Source: Bythopirellula sp. (lineage in GTDB: Bacteria > Planctomycetota > Planctomycetia > Pirellulales > Lacipirellulaceae). Taken from it: a stretch of DNA of 64,000 bases. The stretch is taken from positions 928,001 through 992,000 of the forward strand of contig OZ244170.1 of NCBI GenBank assembly GCA_965216565.1, written 5' to 3'. The position numbers were made by a program, and so were the translations under genes. The stretch's first letter is position 1. Each line of letters starts with the position of its first letter. The notes beneath the pieces are model-generated. The model searched no databases, had not been told where the DNA came from, and saw only the letters and a program-made list of their open reading frames with translations. This document shows positions 60,406 to 64,000 of this stretch, one piece after another.

Positions 60406-60801
60406 ATGAGTGACTCTTCGCAAGACAAATTGGTGCAAGCCGCCCTTGATGTTCGCAGCAATGCTTACGCACCCTATTCGAAGTTTCTCGTGGGTGCCGC
60501 TTTGGTGACTGAAGATGGCACCATTTACACCGGCACAAACGTCGAGAATGCTTCGTACGGGTTAACGATTTGTGCCGAGCGTGTGGCGGCGTGTACCGCA
60601 GCCGCGGCGGGGCATCGCAGGATCTTGGCCGTGGCGGTGGCGACCACCGGCGCCGCCTCACCCTGCGGCGCGTGTCGACAGTTCCTCTCAGAATTCAACG
60701 GCAGCATGCCCGTCTACATGGTCGACGCCGACAAACCTGAGGAAGTGAAAGAGATGTCCTTAGCAGACCTGCTACCAGAGCAGTTTCAGTTGGAGGAATA
60801 G
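60406..60801 (+). CDS. cdd: Cytidine deaminase (homotetrameric type)
   Basis: AYAPYSKF.VGAAL, G.NVENASYGLTICAER and PCGACRQ. Confidence 0.95.
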   Translation: MSDSSQDKLVQAALDVRSNAYAPYSKFLVGAALVTEDGTIYTGTNVENASYGLTICAERVAACTAAAAGHRRILAVAVATTGAASPCGACRQFLSEFNGSMPVYMVDADKPEEVKEMSLADLLPEQFQLEE

Positions 60802-60821
60802 AATTTTTTAGAAGTTAAGAG

Positions 60822-60908
60822 GGACAGGATGACTGGATTGGCGGGATTTACCAGATTTTCTAAGTAAATTTCCATCCAGTAAATCCCGATCATCCAGTTA
60901 TCCTGTCC
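60822..60908. repeat. Inverted-repeat element built from 9-mers (GACAGGAT type), between convergent genes
   Basis: Arms 60822-60851 and 60879-60908 are 26/30 complementary. Confidence 0.8.
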
Positions 60909-60920
60909 TTAATCTCGCGT

Positions 60921-61763
60921 CTAGACCCGGCAGTGCTCAAGCATCTTTTCCGCCGAGCAGACGTAGCTGATTAGGAACGGCCCAAACTCGGCGTAGCGGG
61001 CCGAGGCTTCGTCGAACCGCATACGGTAGACGATGTCTTTGAGATACTCAGGGTTGGCGCCCCAGAGGGTGACGCCCCATTCCCAATCGTCCATGCCCAG
61101 CCCCACGGTGATCAGCTGGCTTACCTTGCCTGCGAACGCCATACCGCTGCGGGCATGTTCGCTCATCAGGGCATTGCGCTGTTCCTTCGTGAGCATGAAC
61201 CAGTTCTCGCCCACTTTGCGTTTCTTATTCATGGGATAGAAACAGGTGCTAGGATATTCGGGAAACTTGGGTGTCAGGCGCTGATGGTTCATTCCGACCA
61301 AACGGTCGGCATAGCCCTTCACCTTGGCTTGGTAGGTGTCCGAGCCTTCCGTCTCGCCCTCGGCAACCAGTCTCTCTCCGTACTGCTCCACTGTGGGGAC
61401 GTACTCGCTAATCTCGGTGACTGAGACGAACGAGTAACCCGGCGTGAGGGCAACGCCCAGGGGCCCTGCCATCAGCCGCTGATGCACGGCATCGACTTTG
61501 AGCGGATCGGGATCCATCAGCATCAAGCTGAAGTCGGCCTTGTGACCGCTCACAACAGAAGTTTGCAGCCTGATCGGGGCGTCACTGCCCGCAGGATCGA
61601 GCGTTTGTATCACGGCGTCGCGACCAGAGGTGATTTGGTCCGCCGGCATCGCCGCGAGCGCGGGCCGATCCCACGTGTAATACAGATGGCTGCAATGCCA
61701 ACCGCCGCCGGCCGGTTCGAGGGAAATTTCGGGAGGTGCTTGAGTGTGGGGAGGACGACTCAT
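60921..61763 (-). CDS. chdC: Coproheme decarboxylase (chlorite dismutase/HemQ family)
   Basis: GHKAD, SVTEISEY, CFYPMNKKR..NW, M.EH, G.DDWEWGVTL and MRFDEASARY. Confidence 0.85.
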   Translation of the reverse strand: MSRPPHTQAPPEISLEPAGGGWHCSHLYYTWDRPALAAMPADQITSGRDAVIQTLDPAGSDAPIRLQTSVVSGHKADFSLMLMDPDPLKVDAVHQRLMAGPLGVALTPGYSFVSVTEISEYVPTVEQYGERLVAEGETEGSDTYQAKVKGYADRLVGMNHQRLTPKFPEYPSTCFYPMNKKRKVGENWFMLTKEQRNALMSEHARSGMAFAGKVSQLITVGLGMDDWEWGVTLWGANPEYLKDIVYRMRFDEASARYAEFGPFLISYVCSAEKMLEHCRV

Positions 61764-61859
61764 AATTGCTGCTGAGGTGGCGAAGGAATTCTATAAAGCG
61801 AGCAAAATCGTTCCGCATCGTAGCACATCTCCCAAGGGGTGAAATAGGGGGGTAATTGG

Positions 61860-62483
61860 CTAGTGTTCGTCCTGATTTGCCTTTTGGGCATCCTTCCACT
61901 TCAACAAATAAGATTCTCGTACCGTCGGATCGAGTCTTTCTGAAAAGTCTTCCGTTAGGCCGAGAGTCTGAATCAGCTTTTGCACATCGTCTAGATCGCC
62001 AACTCGATGCGATTCTTGACCAGATGCGAGCTTCAGTTGAATAATCTCTTCTATGTTCAGGAACTGGCAGCCATCGATTTCAACGGATGAATTGCCAGGA
62101 ACGGGGAATTCAATCGGCCCTGGTTTGCCATCGCCCGGGTATTGCCCGCTAACAAGAAAGTCGATCTTAACGCCCGTCTCAGCATCACGCAGGTTCCTAC
62201 TGTTCTCAAAAGGTTTGACATACCCACGCCCTTCGAGGTTCGCGTGAATCGCCTCCAACCCTTCCGGCGTGACCAACACATCGACATCTTCAGTAAAACG
62301 TCGATACCCGTGAAAGAAGAGGGCCATGCCGCCCGCGATGGCGTAGTCGACATCGAGCTCATCGAGTCGTTGAGAGAGTCTCTTCAGAGTTTTATGAACG
62401 GCGCTCGCGCCCTCGAAATGCATACTTCCCTCGCGGAGGGCCCAATCGAAATCGCGATCGAGTAGCTGTTCGTAAGTGACCAT
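61860..62483 (-). CDS. Pol-beta superfamily nucleotidyltransferase, stand-alone
   Basis: YAIAGGMA...HG..R.TEDVDVLV and C-terminal LKL.....D..D. ATG at 62483. Confidence 0.8.
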   Translation of the reverse strand: MVTYEQLLDRDFDWALREGSMHFEGASAVHKTLKRLSQRLDELDVDYAIAGGMALFFHGYRRFTEDVDVLVTPEGLEAIHANLEGRGYVKPFENSRNLRDAETGVKIDFLVSGQYPGDGKPGPIEFPVPGNSSVEIDGCQFLNIEEIIQLKLASGQESHRVGDLDDVQKLIQTLGLTEDFSERLDPTVRESYLLKWKDAQKANQDEH

Positions 62484-62533
62484 GTACCTTCTATTATCGA
62501 CAGGATTCCGGACTCTGTCGAGCATTAAGATTT

Positions 62534-62632
62534 GGGGAGAGTCCAGAGCTTAGAGTCGAGAGTCCAGAGATCACGGGAGACATGTTCTCAAGCAGTCTCT
62601 GGTCTCTAGTCTCAAGACTCTGGACTCTCCCC
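62534..62632. repeat. Heptamer (GAGTCCA)-based inverted-repeat element
   Basis: 37-nt arms at 62534-62570 and 62596-62632; the outer 15 bp are perfectly complementary. Confidence 0.8.
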
Positions 62633-63120
62633 TAGGGCTTCATGATTTCCTCAACCGTGGCATCAAAATCTTCAACCAGGCGGCCTAATACTTCGTGGGT
62701 GAGAGTGGCCGCGACTCGTGTCCTGGGGGCGGATGTTGTTTTTTCGTATCGGCACAGCTCCACCGAGCCACCTCGGCGTAGCAATAGCTCGTAATAGTAA
62801 CGTCCACTCTCGCCCACCTGTGGGGGACTGCTCCGCATTTGTACCATGCAACCATCGGCGTCGGTTTCGATTGGCGAGATGGGTTCGAGCAGATAATTTA
62901 CCCGCTGGCAAAGCGACTTGCTGGCGGACTCCAATGTCGCCAGGTCAATCCCGGCCAGCTCAGGCGTCTCCAGCAAAAACTGAGACACTCCCACGGCCAG
63001 TGCTTCACACTGCTCGACTGCTACGCGTACAGTGCGCGGGCCCTCGCTCACATCGAGCTGTTGTTGCTGTTGGCCAATGATTTGCTTGAGTTCGTCTAAT
63101 AGTTGATCGCGGAGGTTCAT
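62632..63120 (-). CDS. Hypothetical protein translationally coupled to spoVR
   Basis: 162-aa ORF whose ATG overlaps the spoVR stop (ATGA). Confidence 0.75.
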   Translation of the reverse strand: MNLRDQLLDELKQIIGQQQQQLDVSEGPRTVRVAVEQCEALAVGVSQFLLETPELAGIDLATLESASKSLCQRVNYLLEPISPIETDADGCMVQMRSSPPQVGESGRYYYELLLRRGGSVELCRYEKTTSAPRTRVAATLTHEVLGRLVEDFDATVEEIMKP

Positions 63121-64000
63121 GCCACGGCCTCTTCTTCGTCGATTTCGACTAGCTCGCCTTGATCCAACTCATGTTCCGAGCCATTGAACGAAAGGACAAC
63201 TTTGGAATCCTCTAGAACTGTTTCCAAATGGACAGGTCGGTTCCAGATGCGTTGCAGGTTTTCTAGCGTGTCGCGAGCATAATCAAGCTGCAACTCCACA
63301 CCAGAGAAATCGTGCTCCAAATAGAGTTCGCCACGATTCTTGTAGTTGCCGTCCACCACCGCAATCATCGGACGGCCCCGGTTGGTCAGGCTTTGCAGTA
63401 GTTGCTGCTTGACCTTGGGGAACTCGCGGCTTTCGATTTCATAAGCTTCAGAGTTTTCGTTGTACCCGAAGCGGAAAAATTTGTGTTCTCGCACAAAGTC
63501 GAGCGTGAAGAACGTATCGATGAATGTCAGATCGTTGTGGATCCGCCGGACTTCAAAAATCTTCTCACGGCCCAACCCAGCATTTGTATTCCAATGTTTC
63601 CGCTCTTGGTAGTCATCGCAATCGTCGAACTCCGAGCCAAACGCACCGCGATTCCAACGGTCTTCGATATTGCGGAATAGCTCAATGCCAACCTTGTAAG
63701 GGTTGAGCTGCGTGGGTGAGCTGGCCATGGTGCCACTATGATGATCGCAGTAATTCACGATGTCGGCCCCGGTGAGGCCCTGGCGAATCATGATGGTCGA
63801 ATGCCAATAGCTGGCCCAACCTTCGTTCATAATCTTGGTCTGAGCCTGCGGGGCAAAGTAATATGCCTCGTCACGAATGATCGCCAGCACGTCCCGTTGC
63901 CAACCTTTGAGCGGAGCGTGTTCTAGCAGGAACAGCATGACATCGCGTTCAGGACGAACGGGATACTTACTGGCGGGCTGTTCTTCCACCGCTTCCCCAT
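63117..64000 (-). CDS. spoVR: SpoVR/YcgB family protein (5' end outside the window)
   Basis: WQRDVL.IIRDEAYYFAPQ.QTKIMNEGWASYWH and NPYK.G. The frame stays open to the window edge. Confidence 0.92.
   Translation of the reverse strand, partial: GEAVEEQPASKYPVRPERDVMLFLLEHAPLKGWQRDVLAIIRDEAYYFAPQAQTKIMNEGWASYWHSTIMIRQGLTGADIVNYCDHHSGTMASSPTQLNPYKVGIELFRNIEDRWNRGAFGSEFDDCDDYQERKHWNTNAGLGREKIFEVRRIHNDLTFIDTFFTLDFVREHKFFRFGYNENSEAYEIESREFPKVKQQLLQSLTNRGRPMIAVVDGNYKNRGELYLEHDFSGVELQLDYARDTLENLQRIWNRPVHLETVLEDSKVVLSFNGSEHELDQGELVEIDEEEAVA

Overview
Bacterial chromosomal window, most likely from a planctomycete (inferred from a DUF1559/H-X9-DG prepilin-like protein, two PEP-CTERM proteins and an 'LExRxLLA' leader protein). 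In order it holds: the 3' part of a large repetitive acidic surface protein, a multi-zinc-finger protein, rlmKL, nadE-cinA, two transsulfuration enzymes, aat, an HtrA protease, dnaG-rpoD-Zn ribbon-greA, galM, an RTX-repeat protein, a type I secretion-like triad whose ATPase motifs are degenerate, a full type II secretion (gsp) cluster, a nucleoside catabolism cluster (guaD, amn, deoC, two PNPs, deoA, cdd), chdC/hemQ, a lone nucleotidyltransferase and the 3' part of spoVR. I saw no tRNA, rRNA, CRISPR array or transposase. The most interesting signals lie outside the ORF track. (1) A compact SAM-II-like riboswitch sits between a sigma70-like promoter and a terminator upstream of the cystathionine gamma-synthase gene. 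(2) A candidate ~160-nt small RNA has its own promoter and terminator and three hairpins with CGGGG loops. (3) A 132-bp MITE and a REP-like hairpin are inserted in frame in the cleavable leader of a pseudopilin. (4) greA has a leader attenuator. (5) Several families of nested miniature palindromic elements occupy the intergenic spacers. All calls come from reading motifs by eye; no database searches were run.
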